Shown here piece by piece: positions 53,301-64,000 of a stretch of 64,000 nucleotides of DNA. The DNA lies in assembly GCF_020745735.1 (NCBI RefSeq), contig NC_083423.1, positions 17,794,001-17,858,000 on the forward strand, written 5' to 3'. The stretch is from Hemiscyllium ocellatum (lineage: Eukaryota). The notes below the pieces were generated by a model. The model was not told the DNA's origin. It made no database searches and saw only the letters and a list, made by a program, of their open reading frames with translations. Every line of letters begins with the position of its first letter. Within the stretch, counting starts at the first letter, position 1. A program made the position numbers and the translations under genes.

Positions 53301-56300
53301 TGTTCTCTCTCATTTTCCAACTCCAAATTATCCGCCCCGATCAAACTTCAATTTCTCTGCTCTTTCTTTCCATTACCTTTACCTCTCTTTATTATCAGTT
53401 TCGCACACTTTATATGCTTCTCCCTTCTACATGTGCTCTTACTCTCCTTGCATCACTCGAACACTAGGTAAAAACAATGACTGCAGATGTTGGAAACCAG
53501 ATTCTGGATTAGTGGTGCTGGAAAAGCACAGCAGTTCAGGCAGCATCCGAGGAGCAGTAAAATCGATGTTTTGGACAATATTCCTGATGAAGGGCTTTTG
53601 CCCGAAATGTCGATTTTACTGTTCCTCGGATGCTGTCTGAACTGCTGTGCTTTTCCAGCACCACTAATCCAGAATCACTCAAAAGGCAGCATCCTTGTGC
53701 TGGATGGCAGTGGGTTTCGTCAGGGTGGGAGGTGTTCCTGCAGCCTTAGAGTTTTACACACAGGGAAGAAGATGGCCTGGGGGTAATATTGCTACACTGT
53801 AAATCCAGAGAGCCAGGTGGTATTCTAGGACATGGGTTCAAATCCAACCATGGTAGATAATCTGGAATTAAGACTCTAATGATGACCAAGAATACCCTAA
53901 TTTCCTTTGGGGAAGGAAATCTGCCATCCTGACTTGGTCTGGCCTACATGTGACTCCAGGCCCACAACAATATGGTTGACTCTTAACTGTCCTCTGGGCA
54001 ATTAGGGAGGGGCAATAAATACTGACCTAGCCAGCAACTCCCTCATCCCATGAATGAATAAAAGAAAGTCAACACACCATGTTAGATATTTGGATAAAAT
54101 GGAGCTACTGACACTTATTGAAATTTAACCTAGTCCCAGGCGACCCTGAGGAAAACAGTAGATATCAAACATTATCTGTTACATGACAAAGTCTCTCTTT
54201 CACTGACAGATCAGTGGTGACTATGGCCAGGAGCCCTTTATCACATCCTTGCTAAGGAAAATGGACATCTATATGGAGATTGTGGTGAATCCAGATGGTT
54301 ATGCTTACACCCACACCATGGTTAGTTCCTCAGATTTTTCCTGCTTGACTGAGCCACTCAGTGATATCTCTAACCTCTTGGATTAGGCTGTGTGAATATT
54401 CACCTTCCTTTTAGCCCTGTAAGTAAGCAGCCCTTTAAGAGATGGCCTGCTCATGGCTAAGTAACATGTTATGTTGTCAGTGATGTACACAAACTGAATG
54501 CTCCACAAATACAGGTGATCTGGTCACATATCACACTACAGTTGTGGGAACTTGCTGTGGGTGAATTGACTGCTGTGTCTCCCTCACGTCAAAACCACGT
54601 TTTAAAAAGTACTAAATTGGTTGTAAAATGCTTTGAGACATCCTGAGGAATTGAAGGGTGCTTTAAAATGCAAGTTCCTCCTTTTTCTCCAGATCTTACA
54701 AGAACATTGTAATGCTCTGATCTCATGAGGACACTACAACAACTGATATTTATATTGCATCCTCAATCCCAAAGTGTTTCATAGGAGCGTTATTAAACAA
54801 TATATGACACCAGTGCTTCAGGACTTATTGGTCAGATGACCTAAATCTTGATCAAAGACATGGGATTTAAGGAGTATTTGACAGGAGGGAAGACTTAGGG
54901 GAGAGGTTTAGGGAGGCAATTTCAGAGTTTGTTGCCTGAGTTGCTGAAGTTGCAGCCACCAATCAGCAGTAACTAAAATCAGGGATGCTTAAGTGGCCAG
55001 AAGCAAAGCAGGACAGATATCTAGAGAGTTGGGAGGGTTGGAGAAATTTAAAGAGTTAGGAACATAATTGGATGGAGTTGAAATCAAGGATGACAATGTG
55101 AAAATCAAGACACTAGGACAGCGAGCGTGGGTGAATTGGATTTAATATGAATTGAGACAATGGCAGCAGAAGTTTGGATCATCACAAGATTACAAAGAGT
55201 AGAATGTCCGTGATGAGCCAAGAAGCCATTGGAATAGCCAAATCTGAAAAAAACGCTAGCATTCTGACAACATGACCTTTCTCCAGAACAGATTGTGGCG
55301 TAAGACCAGATCCACAGGCCCTGGAAGAAAATGTTTTGGGGTTGATGCCAACAGGAACTTTGATGCTGGGTTTGGAGGTATGTGATATACGCTTTCTTCC
55401 TCCATTAGCTCCATAAATCTCTTTCTCCAACATCTCTAGATGGCACTGTGGCTCACTGGTTAGCACTGCTGCCTCAAAGCGTCAGGGACTTGGGTTTGAT
55501 TCCACTTTTGCAAAGTTGGGTAGAGTACTTGTAAACTGGGAGGCAGAAAGTTAGAATTTGGTGTTTGTAAAGTGCTGGGGGCAAAGGATCGCATGTTCCC
55601 TTTAAAAGATCAAATGCTTTCTCTGTGATTAGAGATTTAAAATGGATGTCTGTGAGCAGCAGCTTGAAAGTTTGCAATAACACAGAGAACATTCGAATTG
55701 AAACATTTGTATTGAAAAGCTGTACAGTTAGCAGGCCAAGCAACAATTTTAATAAGACAACAGGCTTTTGAAGTTGGCCAAACAATTTGAATCAGGTAAT
55801 TAGATACCAAGAACCTATCAAATTTAAGTCAAATGGTTTTGACATAATAGGACCTTTGTAAGAAGTATTGATATGTCATCACGGGTATAAAAGAATGGGC
55901 AGATGCCATCCACCAGAGCTAACGGCCCTCAGCACTCAAGACAGAATAGCTGGCACTCACAGCCTCCTCTCTGTCTTCAAGAAAGCAGCATCTAAGTAAC
56001 AACAGGACCAACGCACAACTAGTTCATATTCCTGACAGAAGAATAGATGGAGAAGGCACAGAACATTCTGGAAGGCATGTAACCTACCTGTACTTTCGAG
56101 AGACCTAATTTTTTTTATATATGAGTGGGAACTATATTTATTGGAACAGCATACCATTAGAATCTGGTATTATTTGGGAATACTTAGCAGTCAGAAGAGA
56201 TTTATTCATTTTGTTAATAGTTTAGTTAATTTGTTCATTGTTAGAGTTAGATAAGTAAATTGTCACTTGTTGATTTTAAAGTGAATGTCAAGGATTTATT

Positions 56301-59300
56301 TTATTTAACCACCGGAAGTTGCTGAAAAGCAGGTTATACCATTTTTCATACTCCTTTTACAAATTATGGGGCAAGGTGCCCCTCTTTGAGTGCTTCAGTT
56401 TTAATTCTCAAAAAGGGGCTCAGCCCCAGCTTTATAACGCCACCCTCAGAGCGCTGTCTGTGTGGAGTTTGCTTGGGTATTCCAGTTTCCTTCCATGGTC
56501 CAAAGATGTGCAGATTAGGTGGTTTGGCCATGGTAAATTGCCCATAGAGTCCAGAGATGTCCGTAGGAAATGTAGGGTTAGAGAGATAAGGTAAGGGGTC
56601 CATCTCTGGAGGGTTGGTGTGCATTTGATGGACTGAATGGCTTGCTTCCACACTGTAGGGATTCCATGACATGTCTCCCCATTTGATAAGCAGTATGCTA
56701 TCTTGAAGATATGCTTAAAGAAAAAAAAAACCTCTGAGAAAAATTTGTAATATGGTAATATTCCACTCAAGGCTGGGTCTGAGGTTATCAGATCGTGAGT
56801 GCCAGAGAGCTATTTGACCACCAGAGGTGTCACTGTTCAGTCTGATCTTGCCCTCACCTGACAGCCACACATAATGATTATGCATTGGCTGGAGAAAGGA
56901 CGGACTGAGAGAGATGTAACGTTCAAGGGATAAGGCCCCAGGAATCAGAGTTTGGGTGAAGCCTCCTGTTCCTGAAAGTACAGAGGCTGAGATCAGGTTA
57001 ACTGGAGGAAGGTCACGTGGGTTTCAAAATTCCACAGCAGTACCATGGCTGGAAGATCGCAGATCTCAGGGGCTGAAAAGATCAGCCTTAGTTACTTACA
57101 CCTCTGTGGCTCAATAACAGATCAGTATCATGGTGGCAAGATAGTGGCAGGTACCAATGTCTGAAAACTAGTGGCAGAGGTGCAGATGAGAGCAATACAA
57201 AGGAAGCTGTTCATATAAAGATTAATGATGGTTGCTGTTCACTTGACAGGTCCAGGAACCAGTAACAAATCATGCCTGGAGACGTACCATGGACCCTACC
57301 CTAACTCTGAACTTGAGGTTGCAGCTATTGTGAATTTTGTGCAGAGTCACAGAAACATCAAGAGCTTCATCAGTATTCACAGTTACTCCCAGCTCATCAT
57401 GTACCCCTTTGGCTACAAGTGTGTGCCCCCTGCTGATTACCAGGAGCTGGTAATTTAAACCTTTGTTTCCATTCTCTTTTCGATGAAGGGTCAATGGGCT
57501 TGAAATGTTTTCTCTCTACACATGCTACCAGAGCTGTCTAGTTTCTCAAACACCTAGTCTTTTGTTTCACCTGGTCCAGGTTGCTACTCACTAGAGTGCT
57601 GGTAGGAGTGTTGCTTTTCAAATGAGATGTTGAGGCCTTGGAACATTCTGTGGTGCTTTTTGAAGGAGAGTAAGAAATTCTTTTGGTATAAAAGAATAAA
57701 ATGTTGGAAAGACTCAACAGGTCAGGCCCCATCTACGGAGACAAAAGCAAAGTTAACATTTCAGAGATCTGATGTGAGGCCATTGACCCAAATGGGAGGA
57801 GCAAGTGAGGACTGCAGATGCTGGAGATCAGAGCTGAAAATGTGTTGCTGGAAAAGCACAGCAGGTCAGGCAGCATCCAAGGAACAGGAGAATCGACGTT
57901 TCGGGCTGAGTAAGGGCTTTTGCCCGAAATGTCGATTCTCCCGTTCCTTGGATGCTGCCTGACCTGCTGCGCTTTTCCAGCAACACATTTTCAGCATTGA
58001 CCCAAATGCCAAATTTGATCCCAGATCCACATTGCTCTTTGGGCGGTTGGGGATTTGCTGTATGCAAATTGGCTGCTGTGTTCTCTCCAATAATGACTGC
58101 ATTTCAAAGAATAATTAATCTGCTGTAAAGTGCTTTGGGATTCCTTATGATCATGAAAGGTGCTATATAAATGTAATTCATTAATTTCTCTTTTGCAATT
58201 TAATCTTTTACAATTTAGTAACAGGAACGGTTTATACATAATCTTAGGCAAGTTATGAAATAGCTGGGGCTTAGCTGGCTCAGTTGACTGGGCACTGGTT
58301 TGCATTTGATGCCAACAGTATGGGTTCAATTCCCGCACTGCTTGAGGTTACCATGAAGGACTCTCCTGCTTAACCTCCCAGGTGACCCTCAGGTCAGCCC
58401 TATTGTCTTCTGGAACTATGGTGACTTGCCTTTACTAAATGGTGAGGTAGATCTCATGATACAGTGGGCTGCACGTGGCTGAGTAATGGCCGAGTATGAT
58501 ATCATATAGCTATGTTATTTGTCTAATAATCTAGAGGCTTGAGTTCAAATCTCTTCATTGCCAGTGGGGAACTTCAAGTCAAATAAATAAATCTGGAGTA
58601 AAATTAAAAAGCAAGTATTAGCAATAGTTAGCGACAAAAAAAAACTGCAGATACTGAAATCCAAGGTAGACAAGCAGGAGGCTGGAAGAACACAGCAAGC
58701 CAGGCAGCATCAGGAGGTGGAGAAGTCAACATTTCGGGTGTGACCCTTCTTCAGGACTGACTACAAAATTACCCAATCAAGAACAAACCCATCTGGTTCA
58801 CTTATATTCCTCAGGAAATGTACTCAGTGTCTCCAGGCCCACAGCAATGTGGATGACATTATGAAATGGCCCAAAGAACCACTCAATTTGGATGGGAAAT
58901 AAATTCTGATCTTGCCTGCGACACACAGTAGTTTATGAGTGATCAATAATGAAAATACATCCCAATAAATGGTGGACAAATCATGGGAGGAGATGAATGG
59001 TTGAGTGGGTCCCATGTCACATGGGTTGATTGACGTTTTCTAACTCCATTCCCATTTTCTATGGTTGGTGTTCCAGAGCAGATTAAGGGATGTGGGTAAT
59101 GTGACCAGCTGAATCTGCTGACTCTATTTTCTCCCTGCAGGATGCACTTGCTAAGTCTGCTGTCAGCTCTTTAACCTCACTGTATGGAACACGTTATAAG
59201 TTCGGGTCTATCTGCGAAGCAATATGTAAGTACAATAACAGTACTCCATAACAGTCACATGCAGCCTTTTCTTTAGGGTCAGCCTTGGCTGTATTTGACC

Positions 59301-60180
59301 CTGAACTAAAATGTTAAGGGTCCAAGTCCCAGGGGACTAAGCACATAGTTTAGACTAACACACCAGTGCAGGGCTGAGGGAATGTTGCAGGTACCAACTT
59401 TCAGCTGAGGCCCAGCAAATCCCTTCACCTGGCATAAAGGATTTCATAGCAGTATTTTGAAAGACAAGGAGCCTTTTTGTCCTGGACAATAGCTATTCCT
59501 GAATCAACAACAACAGAACAAAATATCTGTAGGAGCAAAATACTGCAGATGCTGGAATCAGTATTGAAAACAAAAAATGCTGGAGATCACAGTGGTTCTG
59601 AAAGCAACCATATAAAGAGAGAGAGAGAGAGAGAGAGAGCGCAAGTTACTGATGAAGAGTTATCTGGACATGAAATGTTAGCTTGCTCTCTCTCTACCAA
59701 TGCTGCCTGATCCACTGTGATTGCCAGTATGTTTGTCTTCAAAACAAAATATCTGGTTGTTTATCATTGCTGTTTGTGGCAGAATTGAAATTACCTGCTG
59801 CCTTTCCTACTTTATAACAGTCACTACCTTCAAAAAAATCACTTAGTTGGCTATAAAATGTCTTGGGATCTCCTGAGATTGTGAATGATGCTACATAATT
59901 GCAAATTCAACTTTCTTTGAGATGAGATGCATAAACAGATTATAAAACACACCGAGACTGAATTGTTTCTCTCACTATCTCTGTTTCGATTTCAGACCAG
60001 GCTAGTGGAGGCAGCATTGACTGGACATATGACCAGGGCATCAAGTATTCCTTTGCCTTTGAACTCCGTGACACAGGTCGCTATGGTTTCTTGCTACCAT
60101 CCAGTCAGATTCTCCCAACCGCTGAGGAGACTTGGTTGGCGATTAAGACAATCATGAGTTATGTTAGTGACAACTCATGA
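48199..60180 (+). CDS. CPA2: Pancreatic procarboxypeptidase A (M14A), CPA2-like; complete, 11 exons, 1257 nt, 418 aa
   Basis: Join: 48199-48263, 49074-49155, 49865-49999, 50953-51051, 51829-51930, 52571-52672, 54210-54320, 55287-55377, 57250-57449, 59141-59225, 59996-60180; all GT-AG. Signal peptide [16 protein letters not shown]. Zinc and catalytic residues intact in bovine CPA numbering: H69/E72 (GIHARE), R127, N144/R145, H196, Y248, E270. I255 gives A-type specificity; A268 and the C210/C244 pair are CPA2-like. Family is secure, exact orthology less so. Confidence 0.9.
49074..49155 (+). CDS. CPA2: CPA exon 2 (prodomain)
   Basis: 82 nt, [27 protein letters not shown]. Confidence 0.92.
49865..49999 (+). 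CDS. CPA2: CPA exon 3 (prodomain)
   Basis: 135 nt, LDIWHRP...[19 protein letters not shown]. Confidence 0.92.
50281..50345. repeat. (GT)n microsatellite, about 32 units
   Basis: Read directly. Confidence 0.98.
50413..50545 (-). mobile_element. Solo Penelope pLTR (133 bp)
   Basis: Perfect 14-bp TSD tttgagggtttcgg at 50399-50412 and 50546-50559. Confidence 0.88.
50507..50542 (-). ncRNA. Minimal hammerhead ribozyme motif
   Basis: AUUC-CUGAAGA-A-GGGC UUAU GCCC-GAAAC-GUC-AAUU. Confidence 0.65.
50953..51051 (+). CDS. CPA2: CPA exon 4 (activation junction)
   Basis: 99 nt, [33 protein letters not shown]. Confidence 0.93.
51829..51930 (+). CDS. CPA2: CPA exon 5
   Basis: 102 nt, [34 protein letters not shown]. 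Confidence 0.94.
52571..52672 (+). CDS. CPA2: CPA exon 6 (HxxE zinc motif)
   Basis: 102 nt, [34 protein letters not shown]. Confidence 0.95.
53465..53675. mobile_element. Fold-back Penelope pLTR mini-element
   Basis: About 75-bp inverted arms around a central CTGATGAAGGGCTTTTGCCCGAAA. Confidence 0.85.
53580..53615 (+). ncRNA. Minimal hammerhead ribozyme motif (one CpG-decay change)
   Basis: AUUC-CUGAUGA-A-GGGC UUUU GCCC-GAAAU-GUC-GAUU. Confidence 0.62.
53775..54065 (+). mobile_element. SINE with L2-like tail (related copies 2478-3240, 42480-42760, 58500-58960)
   Basis: gggttcaaatcc; gaaggaaatctgcc...ggcctacatgtgactcca...ggttgactcttaactg. Confidence 0.72.
54210..54320 (+). CDS. CPA2: CPA exon 7
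   Basis: 111 nt, [37 protein letters not shown]. Confidence 0.94.
55287..55377 (+). CDS. CPA2: CPA exon 8
   Basis: 91 nt, [30 protein letters not shown]. Confidence 0.95.
55506..56439 (+). mobile_element. Probable solo LTR (934 bp) splitting an HE1-type SINE
   Basis: SINE head 55441-55505 resumes at 56440; 4-bp TSD CCAC; imperfect inverted termini (tttgcaaagttggg / cccagctttataac); internal TATAAAA 55886-55892. Confidence 0.65.
57250..57449 (+). CDS. CPA2: CPA exon 9
   Basis: 200 nt, [16 protein letters not shown]...[19 protein letters not shown]. Confidence 0.95.
57795..57994 (-). mobile_element. Miniature fold-back Penelope pLTR element (200 bp)
   Basis: About 73-bp inverted arms; perfect 14-bp TSD cattgacccaaatg at 57781-57794 and 57995-58008. 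Confidence 0.9.
58635..58760 (-). mobile_element. Solo Penelope pLTR of a divergent subfamily
   Basis: aaaactgcagatactgaaatcc...gtcaacatttcgggtgtgacccttcttcaggact. Confidence 0.8.
58724..58758 (-). ncRNA. Minimal hammerhead ribozyme motif with covarying stems
   Basis: AGUC-CUGAAGA-A-GGGU CAC ACCC-GAAAU-GUU-GACU. Confidence 0.62.
59141..59225 (+). CDS. CPA2: CPA exon 10
   Basis: 85 nt, [28 protein letters not shown]. Confidence 0.94.
59530..59742. mobile_element. Older-subfamily fold-back Penelope pLTR element with internal (GA)n
   Basis: 13-bp TSD aacaaaatatctg at 59517-59529 and 59743-59755. Confidence 0.78.
59996..60180 (+). CDS. CPA2: CPA exon 11 (stop codon)
   Basis: 185 nt, [64 protein letters not shown]. 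Confidence 0.95.
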
Positions 60181-60356
60181 TCTTTATATCAAATGGTGGC
60201 ACCAAAGAACCCAGGATGGGACAGAGCTGAGATTATGGATAGATTTCGATGATCATTCACTCTGTCAAACATTGTAATTTGAAACCACCTCCAGCCTCTG
60301 TCTTACTTGCATTTCTGACGCAGTGTTAGTAAATGAATGAGTAACAAAACCCCACA

Positions 60357-60463
60357 AATAAAAAAAAATAAAAATCAGAAAGGGACAATTATGGCTGATA
60401 TCTGGAATTCAATCCTTCCAATCAGTGTTGAAAATTTTCTTATTGCAAAAAAAGACAAATAAA
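60357..60463 (+). terminator. CPA polyadenylation signals
   Basis: AATAAA at 60357, 60367 and 60458, 180-280 nt after the stop codon. Confidence 0.65.
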
Positions 60464-60929
60464 TACAACACTGTCCTGAGTACAGAGGAATGTGATACTG
60501 TGCCTACCTCATTTTATTGGGTGGTAATTGTAAAAGGGAGTATAAAGAAACACAGGATGGTAAGAGCTAACTCTCACTAAACAACCTTCTGCCAAACTAC
60601 TGGTGAATCTTTCCCACTATGAATTAAACTTGGCAAGTCCTTCACAAATTATTAAAAACTCTTCCCCGAACACAGATAATCCCTCTCCAATGGTTAAAAA
60701 TAAAGTTAACTCATCCTTCTGTAACAACTCTCGCACTCTCAGAAAACCACAAAGCACATCAGAACTAATGAAATACTCTTCCAGCTCCAGTCTCAAAACA
60801 TGAGAATGGTCCAAACCAATATCTGTCGCAGTACTGAGTGAGTGCGATACTATTTGAGGCCGTATCATTCAGATTCCTGACTTCCAAGGTGGCTATGGAA
60901 AGTCTGTACTCAATGAAGAGTAGGGAAGT

Positions 60930-61180
60930 TAGATTAGATTAGATTACTTACAGTGTGGAAACAGGCCCTTCGGCCCAACAAGTCCACACCGACCCGCCAA
61001 AGCGCAACCCACCCATACCCTTACATTTACCCCTTACCTAACACTACAGACAATTTAGCATCGCCAATTCACCTGACCCGCACATCTTTGGACTGTGGGA
61101 GGAAACCGGAGCACCCGGAGGAAACCCACGCAGACATGGGGAGAATGTGCAAACTCCACACAGTCTGTCGCCTGAGTCGG
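60930..61180 (-). mobile_element. HE1/V-type SINE, 5'-truncated, with (ttaga)n tail
   Basis: gactgtgggaggaaaccggagcacccggaggaaacccacgcagac...aaactccacacag. Confidence 0.85.
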
Positions 61181-61339
61181 CAAGTTCTCCTGGTGTCCTG
61201 GTAAATTTTAATCTCTAAATCAAATTAGGTTATTTGGCCTTTGATGCACATAGCTTAGCTGTGGTGGTTCAAAGATATTTAATTGGTGTTGCAATATTTT
61301 GGGAAGTTCTGAGATTGATGAAGCAGCTAAATTGCACAA

Positions 61340-62405
61340 TGACTATCATAAGGTCAGAAGTTGGAATGTTCACCAATGATTTGCACGATGTTCATCACCA
61401 TTTCCAACTCCTCAGATACTAAAGCAGTCCATGTTCAAATACATCACAATCTGGACAATATCCAGGTGGTGCTGACAAATGCAACTAACACTCGCACCAT
61501 ACAAATACCAGGAAATGACCATCTCCAAAAAGGGACAATCTAACCTTGACATTCAATGGTGTTACCATCATTGAATTCCCCACTATCAATATCCTGGAAG
61601 TTACCATTGACCAGAGACTCAGTAGGAAGCTTTACATAAACACAGTAGCTTCAAGCAGGTCAGAGGCTAGGAATACTATGGTGACTAACTGACCACTTGA
61701 CTCTCCAAAGCCTGTCTAAAGACACAAATTAGGAGTGAGATGGAATACTCCCACTTGCCTGGATGGATGCAGTTCCAACAACACCCAAGAAGCTTGATAC
61801 CGTCAAGGGCGAAACAGCCCGCTCAATTAACACCACATCCACTAACATTCACTCCCTCCACTCACACTCAGTCACATCATAAGACCATAAGACCCAAAGA
61901 CATAGGAGTGGAAGTAAGGTCATTCGCCCCATCGAGTCCACTCCGCCATTCAATCATGGCTGATGGGCATTTCAACTCCACTTACCCACACTCTCCCTGC
62001 CTAATGGAAACAAGTTCCCAGCATCCTCCCTTTCGAAGCCATACATTATCTTGTAAGTTTCTATTAGATCTCCCATCAGTATACTATCTACAAGGCATAA
62101 CAGAAATTCACCGAAGATCCTTAGACAGCACCTTCCAAACCCATGACCACTTCCATCTAGAAGGACAAGTAACAGATACATAGGAACACCACCACTTGCA
62201 ATTTCCCTCCAAGCCACTCATCATCCTGACTTGGAAATATATTGCCATTCCTTTACTGTCACTGGGTCAAAATCCTGGAATTACCTCTCTCGGGGTGTTA
62301 AGGGTTAATGCAGCAATTTACTGTGGCTCACCACTACTTTCTCAAGGGAAACAAGGGGCGGGCTGCAAATGCTGGCCGGCCAGCAATACCTACATCCCAT
62401 GCAAC
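61340..62405 (+). mobile_element. LINE (CR1/L2 group) 3' fragment with a nested short insertion at about 61866-62060
   Basis: atctggacaatatccagg...ggaatactcccacttgcctggatg...tcctgacttggaaatatattgcc. Confidence 0.7.
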
Positions 62406-62456
62406 TCCTTTCTTACAAAGTGCAGCTGCTGTTATTTTAAGCATCAATGTGGCAGT

Positions 62457-62458
<2 letters not shown>

Positions 62459-62490
<32 letters not shown>
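62459..62490. repeat. (AT)16 microsatellite
   Basis: Read directly. Confidence 0.97.
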
Positions 62491-62493
<3 letters not shown>

Positions 62494-63342
62494 AAACAAA
62501 AAGCCAGTTAATTGACTTTGTGAGTATTACTTAAGTGGTAAATGTTATTGATGCCACTTGTGGAGCAGCTCTGTGCTTCAAATAATGTCATGGGAGCATT
62601 TATGTTAAGTTAAACTGCTGGACTGGGCCTCAGTTTAACCCAGAGGCAAAAATTCTGAAATTTAAATGTTTCATATGAAAGGCGGTATTTCTGAAAGTAC
62701 TGCAATCCCTCAATACTACAATGCATAAGCCTAAACGTCTCTAAGAAAGTCTGTTTCTCAACCTATCTCTAGTCTTTTAAGATCCTCCTTGAACTCCACC
62801 TCTTTGAACAAGTTTTTATGTACCCGTCCTTTATCTCAAACTTCACATTTTGCTGATTATACTTCTTGTGTAATTTTCCTGAATTAACTAAATAAATTGA
62901 AATTGCTGCTGCTGGTAGCAGACAGAAAATTTTGGCACGATGATTGCCCTTAAATTAGGAAAGATACTAAATGCATCCCTAAGTCAATGAGTAACTGCTG
63001 TTTAATGGCATTCCAACAGTTTAGCACAGCCCCGTTTACATCCCTTTATACTGGTTTACTGACAAAATGCAATCACTTTTCTGTTCCTTTTTTTTAAACA
63101 CCCTACCTATTACAACCCTTCCTTCCTCTTTGGCTTTGACCAGCTTACCAAAATATCAGGTAGCACCCAGGGCCAGTGGGTCTGTCCCTACCCTGCCTTG
63201 AGTTGAGCCAGTTGGAGTGAAGTGTTCCCTCAAAGTTCAGCCCAGACTGAGAAAGAATTTTTGTTCCCATTTGTAACATATTAAAACATTCAATATCTCC
63301 TTCTTTCTGTTTTTTTTTCATCTTTTTATTTATTTAGCCAAT

Positions 63343-63585
63343 TCACTTTCGTCCTTTCTTTCTCTGACCGCCAGACCAGGAGAAGCCTCGGAAGATCAGG
63401 CTGTCAGGGGCATTGTGAGAGATGTAGTACAGATTATACATGGCTGCTGGGCTCATAATATCAACTTCAGTTTCGGATTTGGAACCTTTATCCTTCTTGT
63501 CCTTTTTCTTCTTCTTCTTGCTGCCCTTTTCCTTCTTGGCCTTGGCACTGTGGGCCTTTCCTTTTCCCTTTTTGCTTTTGCTGGG
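63343..63585 (-). CDS. SMKR1: Small lysine-rich protein 1, main coding exon (start codon on an upstream exon not located)
   Basis: Acceptor cttctgttgcag|[19 protein letters not shown]...[41 protein letters not shown] matches the SMKR1 core (EVDILSPAAMLNLYYIAHN...RGF.W, from memory). Overlapping AATAAA signals on the minus strand at 63325-63334. Confidence 0.9.
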   Translation of the reverse strand, partial: PSKSKKGKGKAHSAKAKKEKGSKKKKKKDKKDKGSKSETEVDIMSPAAMYNLYYISHNAPDSLIFRGFSWSGGQRKKGRK

Positions 63586-64000
63586 CTGCAACAGAAGTGG
63601 ACAACCTCAGTTTCATTCCAAGCAAGTGGACACTCACTGTGGAGAGTGCCCACAGGTGAGTGCACCCACACCCAACAGAAACTGGCAGGGCCATGGCACC
63701 ATACCAGCATCCTTACCTGCTCCTGCCCACCCCATCCCCACCCAGTTAAGCAACCCAGGCAAGGGTAGCACAAGATGCTGTAGAAGCCTATTGTTCAATT
63801 CCACTGGGAAATTTGGAAGAAAGAGATAGGAGAAGGAAGTTGTCAATTAATCAATATCCCGCCAGTTAATCAAAGAGAAGGCAGACTTTGGTTCAGTTGA
63901 CCCTTGTTGTCCCATATAGAGACAGGGATTAGTGATACAATAGAAAAGTAACTGATGGGGGGGAGTTTGTCTCCATCAAAGCATAAACACCTTTAAAACA

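Noticed and set aside
53088-53471. 127-aa hydrophobic ORF in CPA intron 6
   Set aside because: Translation of a low-complexity pyrimidine tract, not a membrane protein.

Overview
AT-rich, repeat-dense vertebrate genomic DNA. The HE1-type and Deu-domain SINEs, CR1 LINEs and Penelope elements point to a cartilaginous fish, probably a shark (inference). Left to right the window holds: (1) the promoter and first coding exon of an unidentified minus-strand gene (ATG at 8478, tandem ZNF143/THAP11-type motifs); (2) a complete TMEM209 on the minus strand (14 coding exons, 16485-44144, 564 aa); (3) a 1.25 kb 51-bp minisatellite just upstream of TMEM209; (4) a complete 11-exon pancreatic carboxypeptidase A gene, CPA2-like, on the plus strand (48199-60180, 418 aa); (5) the main coding exon of SMKR1 on the minus strand (63343-63585). 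The most striking non-genic signal is a dense set (about 12 copies) of Penelope-like element ends. Most are 130-220 bp solo or fold-back minis with 13-17 bp target-site duplications, and many keep a minimal hammerhead ribozyme core with compensatory stem changes. Also notable: inverted CR1 copies bracketing TMEM209 exons 4-13 (circRNA-like geometry), a CPA proenzyme lacking the usual Arg at the activation junction, and a gene order different from human 7q32. Exon coordinates were derived by hand from splice sites and recalled protein similarity; no database search was run.
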